DNA of 64,000 nucleotides. Source: Longimicrobiales bacterium (GTDB lineage: Bacteria; Gemmatimonadota; Gemmatimonadetes; Longimicrobiales; Gaopeijiaceae). Shown one piece after another: positions 33,312-44,590 of the stretch. Below the pieces are notes generated by a model that was given only the letters and a program-made list of their open reading frames with translations, was not told the DNA's origin and searched no databases. The first letter of the stretch is position 1. Each line of letters starts with the position of its first letter. Made by a program: the position numbers and the translations under genes. The stretch is from contig OZ242008.1 of the NCBI GenBank assembly GCA_965204735.1, positions 352,001 to 416,000 of the forward strand, written 5' to 3'.

Positions 33312-35382
33312 CGGAGGACGCCTGGACGGGCGTGGCCCGGCGCGGCGTCGCCCGGGCGGGCGAGGTCGGTCCGCGTGCGCCTTGGCCCGGTCGGGAGAAT
33401 ATCCTGGTGGACGCGGCGACGCCGCTCTCGACCACCACCAGCGCGAGCAGAAGAGCCGCCAGGACTCGCCACGGCTCGGGTCCGCGCCCGGCCCGGAAGA
33501 TCGCCCCGGACCACGACTCTGGATCGTCCACCACGTCCACGACTCCCGGAAGGGCTTGGCGGAGGTCGGCACGGTCGATGGGGGCGAGGTCGGTTTCGGC
33601 GGCCGGCGCGTTGACGGCGAACGTCTCCAGCACTCTGTCGCCCGCCAAGGCCCGGTAGAAGCCGGCGACGGCCGTTGCCGGGTAGGGCTGGTCGCCGTCC
33701 ACCGGGTGCTCGGCGCCGCTCGGGTCGCGGACCGCCGTGGCCGTCGGGGGCGGCCGGACGGGTTCGCCCGCCGCGACCGCGGCCGTTCCCGCGCCGCCCC
33801 CGGACCACCGCTCCACCGCCCACTCCAGCAAGGGCACCATCGCCGCGGACACGGGAAGCCCGCTGGACGCCTCGTCCAGGGGCGACGCCAGAAGGACGTA
33901 GGGACCGGACGGGGCGGCGCCGGCCAAGACCCATGGATCGCCGTTGGAGAGCTCGGCCGCGACGTGGAACGCCGCCCCGGGCGATGCGCCCGCCGACCGT
34001 CCCGGCGCGCCCGTCGGTTCCACCATGAAGTAGCGGGAGACGACCAGCCCCTCCACTTCGACGGGAAGCGACGCCCTGGCCACCCGCGAGCCTCCGCCCT
34101 CTCGGTGGACGTACCGGAACGGGATCCCCGCCTCGGCCAGCCGCCGGTTCAGAGCCGGAAGGCCGACCGGGTCGGCCAACGGGTAGGCCACGGCCGCCTG
34201 GTCCCGACTCCGCCCGTCCAGCCCTTCGCCCCCGGCGCTCACCAGCGTCGCCGCCCGAGCCGGGCTCTCGAAGGCGATCCGCCCGTTCTCCGCCAGCACC
34301 GCCGCCGCCTCCTGCACGAAGAGCGGAGCGTCTCCCAGCACGGCAACCGGCGTCGGGTCCCGCACCGCAAAGGAGAAGTAGTGGCGGTCGTCGGCGGTCA
34401 GGGGGTCCGGGTCGATCTCGGCCCACCCCTCCACCCGCCCGGCGGGAAACGGCCCGGCCGGCACCCTCACCGTGGCCCCCGCCGGCGCCCGCGCCGCGCC
34501 TCGCATCAGCCCGCCCACGTACAGCCGAACTCCCACCGTGTCTCCAGGCTCGCCGCCGCTCACCGACACCGCCGCCTCGGTCCTGCGTCCTGCCAGCGGC
34601 GCCAGCCCGCCGCCGAAGACGACTCCCTCGATCCCTCGGTTCGCCAACCCCGCCGCCGGCGCCCCGAACACCACGATCGGCACGTCGGCGCCGTCGCCGC
34701 CGGCCCGCGCGCTTCCCGCATCCCGCTCGCCCTCGGCGTCCTCCGCGTCTCGGGGCGGCCCGTGCCCCCGGACCGGTCCCTCGCCGGCGAACGCCGTCGC
34801 CTGCAAGTCCGTGATCAGGTGGACCTCTCGCGCCGGCAGGTCGCTCTGGGCCACCAGCGCCCGCGCCCGCGCCGCCGCCTGCAGCAAGTCCCCTCGACCG
34901 TGGCTGGACGGGGTCTCGTCGATCGCCGCCAAGGCCTGGGCCGCGTTCCCCGGCGTCGCCGCCAGCCACGGCGTACCTGCCCGAATCACCCAGATCACGT
35001 CGTCCGGCCCGGCTCCTTCCGCGCTCCGTCGCGCCACCGCCTTCAGCGCGTCGAGCCTTCTTCGCCCGTCCTCGATCGCCGTCGCGCTCAGCGAGTTGTC
35101 GATCACCAGCGCCAGCGCGGTCGCGTCGTGGCTCTTCCCCGGCCCAGGGAAGTGAGTCCTCGCCCCCATCAGGACGACCACCGCCACCACCGCCACGCGG
35201 ATGAGCAGAAGCAGGACCTGCTGGGTTCTGATCTGCCGGGCTCGCTCCCGCTCGGTCCGAAGCAGGTAGCGAATTGCCGGGAAGGCGAAGGTCTTGCTCT
35301 CGCGCCTGTAGAAGAGGTGCAGGAAGACGGGCACCGCCACGGCCAAGCCGGCCAAGAGGAAGACCGGGTTCAGAAAGCCCAT
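33304..35382 (-). CDS. BatA-domain / vWA-like membrane protein
   Basis: MGFLNPVFLLAGLAVAVPVFLHL...FPAIRYL (BatA N-terminus); VIDNSLS and ITDLQ (degenerate MIDAS); C-terminal TM helix. Confidence 0.85.
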   Translation of the reverse strand: MGFLNPVFLLAGLAVAVPVFLHLFYRRESKTFAFPAIRYLLRTERERARQIRTQQVLLLLIRVAVVAVVVLMGARTHFPGPGKSHDATALALVIDNSLSATAIEDGRRRLDALKAVARRSAEGAGPDDVIWVIRAGTPWLAATPGNAAQALAAIDETPSSHGRGDLLQAAARARALVAQSDLPAREVHLITDLQATAFAGEGPVRGHGPPRDAEDAEGERDAGSARAGGDGADVPIVVFGAPAAGLANRGIEGVVFGGGLAPLAGRRTEAAVSVSGGEPGDTVGVRLYVGGLMRGAARAPAGATVRVPAGPFPAGRVEGWAEIDPDPLTADDRHYFSFAVRDPTPVAVLGDAPLFVQEAAAVLAENGRIAFESPARAATLVSAGGEGLDGRSRDQAAVAYPLADPVGLPALNRRLAEAGIPFRYVHREGGGSRVARASLPVEVEGLVVSRYFMVEPTGAPGRSAGASPGAAFHVAAELSNGDPWVLAGAAPSGPYVLLASPLDEASSGLPVSAAMVPLLEWAVERWSGGGAGTAAVAAGEPVRPPPTATAVRDPSGAEHPVDGDQPYPATAVAGFYRALAGDRVLETFAVNAPAAETDLAPIDRADLRQALPGVVDVVDDPESWSGAIFRAGRGPEPWRVLAALLLALVVVESGVAASTRIFSRPGQGARGPTSPARATPRRATPVQASSGA

Positions 35383-35383
35383 G

Positions 35384-36313
35384 TCACGGAAGCCGCTGTC
35401 GCTTCCACAGGTAGAACCGAAGGGCTCTCGACAAGGGCTCGTCGGTCCCGATCGTCGAGTAGGCGATCCCTCGGCCGGTCAGCTTGGCGGTCCACTCGGC
35501 CACGGCGTCCTCGACGGCCTGCTGGTAGTGGCGCCGCATGTCCGCCACCGACACCTGGAGCGACTCGCCGGTCTCCGGGTCCACGAATCGGGTCTCGCCC
35601 GTGGTCGGCAGGTCCCGCTCCCCCGGGTCCACCAAGTGGAAGACCAGCACTTCGTGGCCGGTGTGCTGAAGGTAGGTCAGCGCCTTGGCCGTCTCCTCGG
35701 GCTCCACCAGCAGGTCCGAGATCAGAACGACCAGTCCCTTGCGCTTCAGACGCATCGCCACATGGCGGACCGCCGACTCCGCGTCGGTCCGTCCGCCGCT
35801 CCGCAGGGCGTGCAGGTGCTGGAGGAGCAGCCTCCAGTGGACCTTCCCTCCGCGAGCTCGAATCTGGCGCACGATCTTCTCGTGGAACGCCGTCAGGCCC
35901 ACGATGTCGCCCTGCCGGACCAGGATCAGCGAGACGGCCGCGGCCAAGTGCTTGGCGTACCAGAGCTTCGACGGCAGACTGGGACGGGACGACCAGGCCA
36001 TCGACTCGCTCACGTCGATCAGCATGTAGGCCCGAAGGTTCGTCTCCTCTTCGTACTGCTTGACGTAGAAGCGGTCGGAACGGGCGAACATCCGCCAGTC
36101 CAGGGTCCGCAGGTCGTCTCCCGGCTGGTACGCCCGCAGCTCCGCGAACTCCGCCGAGAACCCCCGGTTGGGGGACCTGTGAAGCCCCAGTAGGAAGCCG
36201 TGGACCACTTGGCGGGCGACGATGTCGATCCCTCCCAGCTGGGCCAGGGTTGCAGGGTCCAGCAGGTCCGCGCGCCGGTCCAGGTGAGGCGCAACCGTCT
36301 CGTTCGTGGCCAT
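35384..36313 (-). CDS. DUF58 domain protein (MoxR-associated vWA-like family)
   Basis: GLHRSPNRGFSAEFAELRAYQPGDDLRTLDWRMFARSDRFYVKQYEEETN; LIDVSESM; VLISDL. Confidence 0.92.
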   Translation of the reverse strand: MATNETVAPHLDRRADLLDPATLAQLGGIDIVARQVVHGFLLGLHRSPNRGFSAEFAELRAYQPGDDLRTLDWRMFARSDRFYVKQYEEETNLRAYMLIDVSESMAWSSRPSLPSKLWYAKHLAAAVSLILVRQGDIVGLTAFHEKIVRQIRARGGKVHWRLLLQHLHALRSGGRTDAESAVRHVAMRLKRKGLVVLISDLLVEPEETAKALTYLQHTGHEVLVFHLVDPGERDLPTTGETRFVDPETGESLQVSVADMRRHYQQAVEDAVAEWTAKLTGRGIAYSTIGTDEPLSRALRFYLWKRQRLP

Positions 36314-36415
36314 GGAGCTTCCAATGTGGACGAAACGGGGAGCGGGGGACAGGGGAACGCCAGGCGTCGCGTCGGAGTATCGGCCGGGCCGATGTCGCTC
36401 TCTCCCCGCCGCTTG

Positions 36416-36443
36416 TTGACCCATGGGCGCGAAACGGTACGTT
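36416..36443 (+). promoter_or_regulatory. Possible sigma70 promoter TTGACC-N16-TACGTT
   Basis: Consensus-like hexamers upstream of the HTH gene; sequence match only. Confidence 0.35.
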
Positions 36444-36520
36444 GGCTCCCATCGTGCTGACCAGACACCGCACTGCTTCCACCGACCGCCCAGCTTGGAC
36501 ACGCCCATGAGGACACACGC

Positions 36521-37039
36521 GTGAACCCCGACGGTCGCGTGTCCGTCGCCGATCCTGTGTCCACCAGCCAAGCCATGTTCGAGATACGGCGTCTCTCGGG
36601 GCTTGACTGGGACGAGCTCGCAGCGGTCTTCGGCGTCTCTCGGCCGGATGTTTGCAGTTGGGCCAATGGCAGCGTGCTTTCTGATCGCGAACGTCTTGTC
36701 GTACTCCGCGCGCTTGCTGCAATACGACACGTAGACCGCGGAACCAGCGACGATACGCGCCGCTTTTTGATGGAAGATGACGACACAACCGGCACGTCCG
36801 TCCTTGAGTTGCTGAGATCAGAGCGGTTTGATGAAGTAATGGCAATGCCTGGTCGTGCTGTTTTCCAAAGGCCTCGTCCCGCTCTTTCCGAGGAGGCCAA
36901 GATGTTGCGGTGCCCGCCGCCGCCAATCTTTCTGCTCGACGCAGATCACAGCAGGCCCGTCGTTGCAACGGATCCTCGCGTTGCCGAAGTGATGCGGGCG
37001 CCTCAGTCGAGCGCAACAAAGGCTGACGGCCCACGGTAA
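36521..37039 (+). CDS. Helix-turn-helix (XRE-like) protein with atypical composition
   Basis: EIRRLSGLDWDELAAVFGVSRPDVCSWANG is an HTH pattern; visibly more A/T-ending codons than neighbours. Start may be ATG 36575. Confidence 0.7.
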   Translation: MNPDGRVSVADPVSTSQAMFEIRRLSGLDWDELAAVFGVSRPDVCSWANGSVLSDRERLVVLRALAAIRHVDRGTSDDTRRFLMEDDDTTGTSVLELLRSERFDEVMAMPGRAVFQRPRPALSEEAKMLRCPPPPIFLLDADHSRPVVATDPRVAEVMRAPQSSATKADGPR

Positions 37040-37133
37040 ACTCCGGGCCTGGACGATCTGCAACCGACCCATCGGCTCGGCACGCCGCCATTCGAGAGCT
37101 CGCCGCTCTCGGGCCAGCTCGACCGGCGGCCGA

Positions 37134-37149
37134 TGGCCCGCTTCTTGCA
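37134..37149 (+). promoter_or_regulatory. Putative sigma54 (-24/-12) promoter upstream of clpB
   Basis: TGGCCCGCTTCTTGCA has the invariant GG-N10-GC spacing and one mismatch to TGGCAC-N5-TTGCA. Confidence 0.65.
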
Positions 37150-37189
37150 CATCTATTCCGGGCGATTCGACCGGCGCGGCAGGGCGAAC

Positions 37190-37275
37190 CTGCCAAAATG
37201 GCAGAACTCGGCGCGCCGACCTGCCAAAATGGCAGGAATGGTCGTGCAGGCGCCGCAGACCTGCCAAAACGGCAG
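37190..37275. promoter_or_regulatory. Three palindromic elements CTGCCAAAA(T/C)GGCAG in the clpB upstream region
   Basis: Copies at 37190-37204, 37221-37235 and 37261-37275, each preceded by AC; the sequences between them are unrelated. Confidence 0.8.
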
Positions 37276-37329
37276 GTTGTTCGGCCAATCTCGCCCAATC
37301 GGAACCAAGACCAGAGAGGAAGCGCCAAG

Positions 37330-39948
<2,619 letters not shown>

Positions 39949-40088
39949 CGGACGGCGAGACCGCTCCTCGGCGCGCGGCCGCGGCGCTGCCGGGGGAGCT
40001 CGACGACTGGCCGCCGGGGACCGTTCCTCGGTGCGCGCGGCTGCGGCTCAGGCGGCCGTCGCCGGCGCGCCCTCCCGCCCAAACGGCC

Positions 40089-41354
40089 TCATCCCTGGTT
40101 GCAGTAGGCGTTGCCTTCCACGTTGGCGTTGGCGCTGCACTCCGCTTGGCTGGGCGGGAAGCAGCTGTGGCGTCCCTGCATGAACGCCACGGCCCACGGA
40201 CTCAGCCCCTCCGCCGCAAAGCGCGCGTTGTCCTTCAGCCTTCGGGCCTCCAGCCAGAGCTCGAAGTTGCGCTCCCTGTCCAGAGCCAGCCACGCCTCCT
40301 GGTCGTTGGAAGCGGACACCGCCGGCACGCCCACCCGGTTGCGCACGTAGTTGATCTTTGCGATAGCCCCGTCCCGGTCGCCTCGGCGCAGCATCACTTC
40401 GGCTTCGATCAGGCGCATCTCGCGACCCTTCGCCAACGGAATGTCGTCTGCACGGGACGTGTACTTGAGCTGCCGGTAGAACGGCTTCACGCCCCCGCCC
40501 GAGGTCTGGTTCATGTCGCGCCACGGGACCCGGGGATCCGCGTCGGGGCCGATGCTGTCGTTGTACATGCTCCACACGGTGATCTGCTTCTGGTTCTCGT
40601 GGGTGAAGGAATAGATCTGGTTCCACTCCCGGTTGCTGTTGTCGGAACGGTTGGCCACCCACAAGAAGTCGTCGGGCACCATGGCCGCGAAGGAGATCGC
40701 TTGGTCGAGGTTGCCCAGCATGAGATGAGCCTGGGCGAGACCGGCGGCCGACGCCATCGCGATGGAGTCGTGGCCCGCGCTCTGCGCCCGCGAACGAGCC
40801 GTCTCGAAGCGCTCGACGGCGCGTGCGTAGTGCTCGTTGGGCTCCATGACCTCGCCCGGATCGGCCGTGCCGTCTCCATCCCGGTCCTCGCCGCCGAAGA
40901 CCGCGATGCACACGTTGTCTCCCAGCAGGCGGTTGGCCCAGCCGGCCCACATGTAGGCCGACGTGAGCCACTGGTTGTTGGCCGCGTCCGCCTGGGTGTC
41001 GGTGAGCCGCGCGATCCCCGCCGCGGCGCCCCAGCGGGCGAGCTGCATGGGGTGCCAGCTGTTCCCGGCGTTGGTGACCGTCAGCCGGCCCTCGCCGGCG
41101 TCCTGCAGCCAGGGCTGCGTGGCGTCGGCGTCCAGGTCCGTCGATGCGGGCCCGCCCAGCCAAGCCATGTCGTCGACCGCCACCTCGACGTCGGCGACTA
41201 TGCCGATCAGCACCGTCTTGCCGGCCGCTTCCTCGTTCAGGGCCTCGTCGATGATCGGGCCCGGGTTCACGACCTCGAACAGGTCGCAGGCCGGCAAAGT
41301 CGCCGCCAGCGCGACCGTCGCGAGCGCTTTGCGTCCGTGCGTGAACATCCTCAT
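40089..41354 (-). CDS. SusD/RagB-family lipoprotein
   Basis: Lipobox TLPAC; EMRLIEAE, INYVR..VG, DRERNFELWLEARRLKD; downstream of a susC. Confidence 0.9.
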   Translation of the reverse strand: MRMFTHGRKALATVALAATLPACDLFEVVNPGPIIDEALNEEAAGKTVLIGIVADVEVAVDDMAWLGGPASTDLDADATQPWLQDAGEGRLTVTNAGNSWHPMQLARWGAAAGIARLTDTQADAANNQWLTSAYMWAGWANRLLGDNVCIAVFGGEDRDGDGTADPGEVMEPNEHYARAVERFETARSRAQSAGHDSIAMASAAGLAQAHLMLGNLDQAISFAAMVPDDFLWVANRSDNSNREWNQIYSFTHENQKQITVWSMYNDSIGPDADPRVPWRDMNQTSGGGVKPFYRQLKYTSRADDIPLAKGREMRLIEAEVMLRRGDRDGAIAKINYVRNRVGVPAVSASNDQEAWLALDRERNFELWLEARRLKDNARFAAEGLSPWAVAFMQGRHSCFPPSQAECSANANVEGNAYCNQG

Positions 41355-41400
41355 TTTCGCCTCTCCTTTCCCCGGGCCGTTGCCAGTCCCGGGGCTGTTG

Positions 41401-44400
41401 CTAGAAGTTGGCCCGGAGGCTCACGGAAAACATGACGGGCGCCGGCAGCTGGTAGTACTCGTACCGGGCCGGAAACGTCCCGACGCCTCCACCGTACCCC
41501 ACCGTCAGCTCGGGGTCGATGCCCGCGCCGTTCGACCACTTGTACGGGTTCTGCACCGTCGCCGTGAGAGTCGTGCCCGTCGCCCCCGGTATCAGGTCGT
41601 CCGGGATGAGCAGCGACGCCGAGACGGTCCTGATCTTGAAGAAGTTCGACGGCCGCATCCAGAAGTCGAAGTTGGGAGTCGGCAGCTGGCAACGCGCTCT
41701 CCAGATGGCGGGCGCCGCCGACCGGGCCGCCGCGTCGTCGGGGTCGTCCAGGCCCAGGTCGTTGCACTCGGGCCACAATCCGCGGCGCACCTGCTGCCAG
41801 GGCATGATGTTGAACTGGTACTGGCCGCCGTGGTACTCGCCGAGCGCATAGATCGTCAGCCGGTTGAAGAGGTTGATCGACGTCTTGCCGCTGAGGATGT
41901 GCGTCGGGTAGACGGGACCGTAGTAGTGGTTCTCGTCGACGATCGGATCGGCGATCGCGTCGGGGTTGGACACGTAGTCGCCCCACAAGGAGACGATGGG
42001 GTATCCGACCCGAACCCACTGGCCGAGGAGCGAGCCCCAGCCGAGAAAGAACTCGGGAGCCTCGCCCAGGCTGATCACCTCGCTGCTGGTCGTCGAGACG
42101 GAGCCGGTGATCTCCCACCGCACGTTGTCCAGCGACACGGGCACGCCGGTGACGGACACTTCCATGCCGGTGTTCTTGAACTCGCCCACGTTCTTGAGCT
42201 GCGACGTGAGGAAACCGTCGGAAGGCGCCGCGGTCACGGGCATGAGCGCGTCGCTGGTCACGCTGTTGTACCAGCTGAAGTCCACGCCCAGCCGGTCGTC
42301 CAGCAGGCTCCCTTCGAAGCCCAGCTCCAGCTCCGTGGAGCGCTCGGGCCCCAGGTCCGGGTTGCCCAGGTTGGCAGGCGTCACGCCCGCTTGGCCGTCG
42401 TACCCGGCGACGGGCGTCCAAGTCCGCACCGCGTCGAATGCGCCCGGCGCCTTGCCCGACTGGCCCCACGCCGCCCGCAGCTTCATCACCTGCCACCAGT
42501 CGCCCGGCCAGAAGTCCATGTCCGAGATCACGTACGAGGCGCTGACCTTTGGATAGACCTGCAGCCCCAGGTCCTCGCCGAAGGCGCTGTTGCCGTCCAC
42601 CCGGACGCCGCCGGTGACGAAGAGGTTGTCGTTGAACCCCACCACCTCTTGCGCAAAGAACCCGGCGTTGACGACTCGGAGCAAGTCTTCGCTGGAGGTG
42701 GTCGTCGCCCCCGAGCTCAGGGTCTTCTCGCCCGGTCCGCCGAAGTCCTCGGAGACGCCGTACACGGTGTGGTCCCAGTCGCTGTATATCTGTCCGCCGG
42801 CAGAGAACGAGGACGACACGTTGTCGCTGAAGTCGGCCTCCCAGGTGCTGCCCAAGTCGATGGTGATCGTCCGGTGCTCCCACTCGTTGAGGTTGCGGCG
42901 GCCTTGGGGCCGGAGGACGTGGTCGAAGGGAAAGTTCTGCTGGTTGAACGCCGTCGTGTAGTCGAGGCCCACCGTGAGGCGCGTGGTGAGGCCGACGCCT
43001 TCGGCGGTGTGGAGCGCCGTCAGGCCGCCGATGAAGTGCTCGACCCGGCCGCTGTTGGTGATGTCGAAGAGGATCTGGTCCGGGTCGCCCTGGTAGTTGT
43101 CCCGGTCCACGGCCGCGTTGGTGTAGTCCTGGGTGCCGCGAAGCACGTTCAGCATGAAGCCCGAGGCGTTGTCGCCCATCTCCATGTAGTTGGTGTTGCG
43201 GTGACGGTAGGACGCGCTGAGGCTCAAGTTGAGGGAAGGAGACGGCTGGAGCCCGAAGTTGCCCCGCACGTTGTAGGAACGCTCGTCGTTGTTGTCCACG
43301 ACGCCGTCGTCGTAGCCCACGCCTGCCGACACGAAGTAGCTGAAGGCGTTGGTGCCGCCCGACACGGACAACTTCGTCGCGCCCAGCGGCGCCGACGAGT
43401 ACCACGGCTTGGTGAAGCCCCAGTCGGCGGTCCGCCCCAGGATCGGTCCCATGGAGTTGCCGGTCATGAAGCGGGTCCCGCCGGTCAGCTCCGCCGTCCA
43501 CGATGCGCGCTGGCCGGCCCGACCCTTCTTGGTGAAGATCTGGATCACGCCGCCGGCCGCCTCCGTGCCGTAGAGAGTCGTGGCCGCCGCGCCGCGGACG
43601 ATCTCCACCGACTCGATCGTGGCGGGATCAATCAGGTCCAGCGGGTTCGGCGAAGTTTGTGCGCCCGCGGGACCTGGGTTGATGCTTTGGCGGTTGTTGT
43701 ACACGCCTTGGTTGTTGTTCATTCGGACGCCGTCCACGTAGATCAGCGGCTGCACGTCCTGGCTGATGCTGTTGATCCCTCGCAGGACGATCTTCGATCC
43801 GCCGCCCACTTGGCCCTCGTTGCGCCACTGCTGAATCCCCGTGGTCTGGCCGTTGAGGATCTCGGTAAGGGTTTGGGAAGGCGTGTTCTCCAGCGCCGCG
43901 GCGCGCACGCTGGCGACGCTGTTGCCGACCTCCCGTCGCGACGATGCCCCCGGCGTGCCGGTGACGACGACTTCGTCCAGCTCGAGGGCGGTCTCGCTCA
44001 TGCGGAATTCGACGACCGCGGCTTCGCCTGCCGACACCTGAACAGTCTGGGTCGCGGTGCGGTAGCCGATCCGTTCGACTCGCACCTCGTGGGCGCCCGG
44101 CGGCACTTCGAGGACGAGGAAGCGCCCGTCCTGGGACGCTATGCCGCCGAGCCCCGTGTCCCCGACCGAGATCTGGGCGACCCCGATAGGCGTGTTGTTC
44201 GAGGCGTTCAGGACGCGGCCCGTGATCCTGCCGTTCTGAGCCGCCAGCGCGCCCGGCGCGGCGACCGCCGCCAAGCCGGCGACCAGCACGGCGAGAACGG
44301 CGAGCACGGAGTGCGGCCGCGCCCCCGATGCGAGTCGGCTTCCTGGGGCGTGACGGACATTGGACGGCGACGACCGGTCGCGCTCTCGACGCCTTGCGGT

Positions 44401-44418
44401 TGCGGCTCCCACGTTCAT
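41401..44418 (-). CDS. SusC/RagA-family TonB-dependent outer-membrane transporter
   Basis: AGGAGG RBS before ATG 44418; LDEVVVTGTPG; IVLRG...[53 protein letters not shown]-terminal F. Confidence 0.95.
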   Translation of the reverse strand: MNVGAATARRRERDRSSPSNVRHAPGSRLASGARPHSVLAVLAVLVAGLAAVAAPGALAAQNGRITGRVLNASNNTPIGVAQISVGDTGLGGIASQDGRFLVLEVPPGAHEVRVERIGYRTATQTVQVSAGEAAVVEFRMSETALELDEVVVTGTPGASSRREVGNSVASVRAAALENTPSQTLTEILNGQTTGIQQWRNEGQVGGGSKIVLRGINSISQDVQPLIYVDGVRMNNNQGVYNNRQSINPGPAGAQTSPNPLDLIDPATIESVEIVRGAAATTLYGTEAAGGVIQIFTKKGRAGQRASWTAELTGGTRFMTGNSMGPILGRTADWGFTKPWYSSAPLGATKLSVSGGTNAFSYFVSAGVGYDDGVVDNNDERSYNVRGNFGLQPSPSLNLSLSASYRHRNTNYMEMGDNASGFMLNVLRGTQDYTNAAVDRDNYQGDPDQILFDITNSGRVEHFIGGLTALHTAEGVGLTTRLTVGLDYTTAFNQQNFPFDHVLRPQGRRNLNEWEHRTITIDLGSTWEADFSDNVSSSFSAGGQIYSDWDHTVYGVSEDFGGPGEKTLSSGATTTSSEDLLRVVNAGFFAQEVVGFNDNLFVTGGVRVDGNSAFGEDLGLQVYPKVSASYVISDMDFWPGDWWQVMKLRAAWGQSGKAPGAFDAVRTWTPVAGYDGQAGVTPANLGNPDLGPERSTELELGFEGSLLDDRLGVDFSWYNSVTSDALMPVTAAPSDGFLTSQLKNVGEFKNTGMEVSVTGVPVSLDNVRWEITGSVSTTSSEVISLGEAPEFFLGWGSLLGQWVRVGYPIVSLWGDYVSNPDAIADPIVDENHYYGPVYPTHILSGKTSINLFNRLTIYALGEYHGGQYQFNIMPWQQVRRGLWPECNDLGLDDPDDAAARSAAPAIWRARCQLPTPNFDFWMRPSNFFKIRTVSASLLIPDDLIPGATGTTLTATVQNPYKWSNGAGIDPELTVGYGGGVGTFPARYEYYQLPAPVMFSVSLRANF

Positions 44419-44590
44419 CTTCGACCTCCTGATCGGCTCCTGCGGTGCGGAAAGACGGCGAACGGGCATGGTACGCGCCCCCCGCGATCCAGGCAAGAGT
44501 GTCCGGGGGGTGCGGTCAAGCCGACAGTAGAGTATTCTTCAAGGGCGAGAGTGCTCTGCAGGGGACGACAGCTGGGAGATCAGCGGGCGA

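Noticed and set aside
37190..37275. Three palindromic repeats as a mini-CRISPR array
   Set aside because: Repeats are only 15-17 bp, gaps are 16 and 25 bp (unequal and too short), and no cas genes are present; the position fits a regulatory role.
44419..44590. Cobalamin or TPP riboswitch upstream of the TonB-dependent transporter
   Set aside because: No conserved riboswitch core was recognisable by eye; an Rfam/Infernal scan would be needed to exclude one formally.
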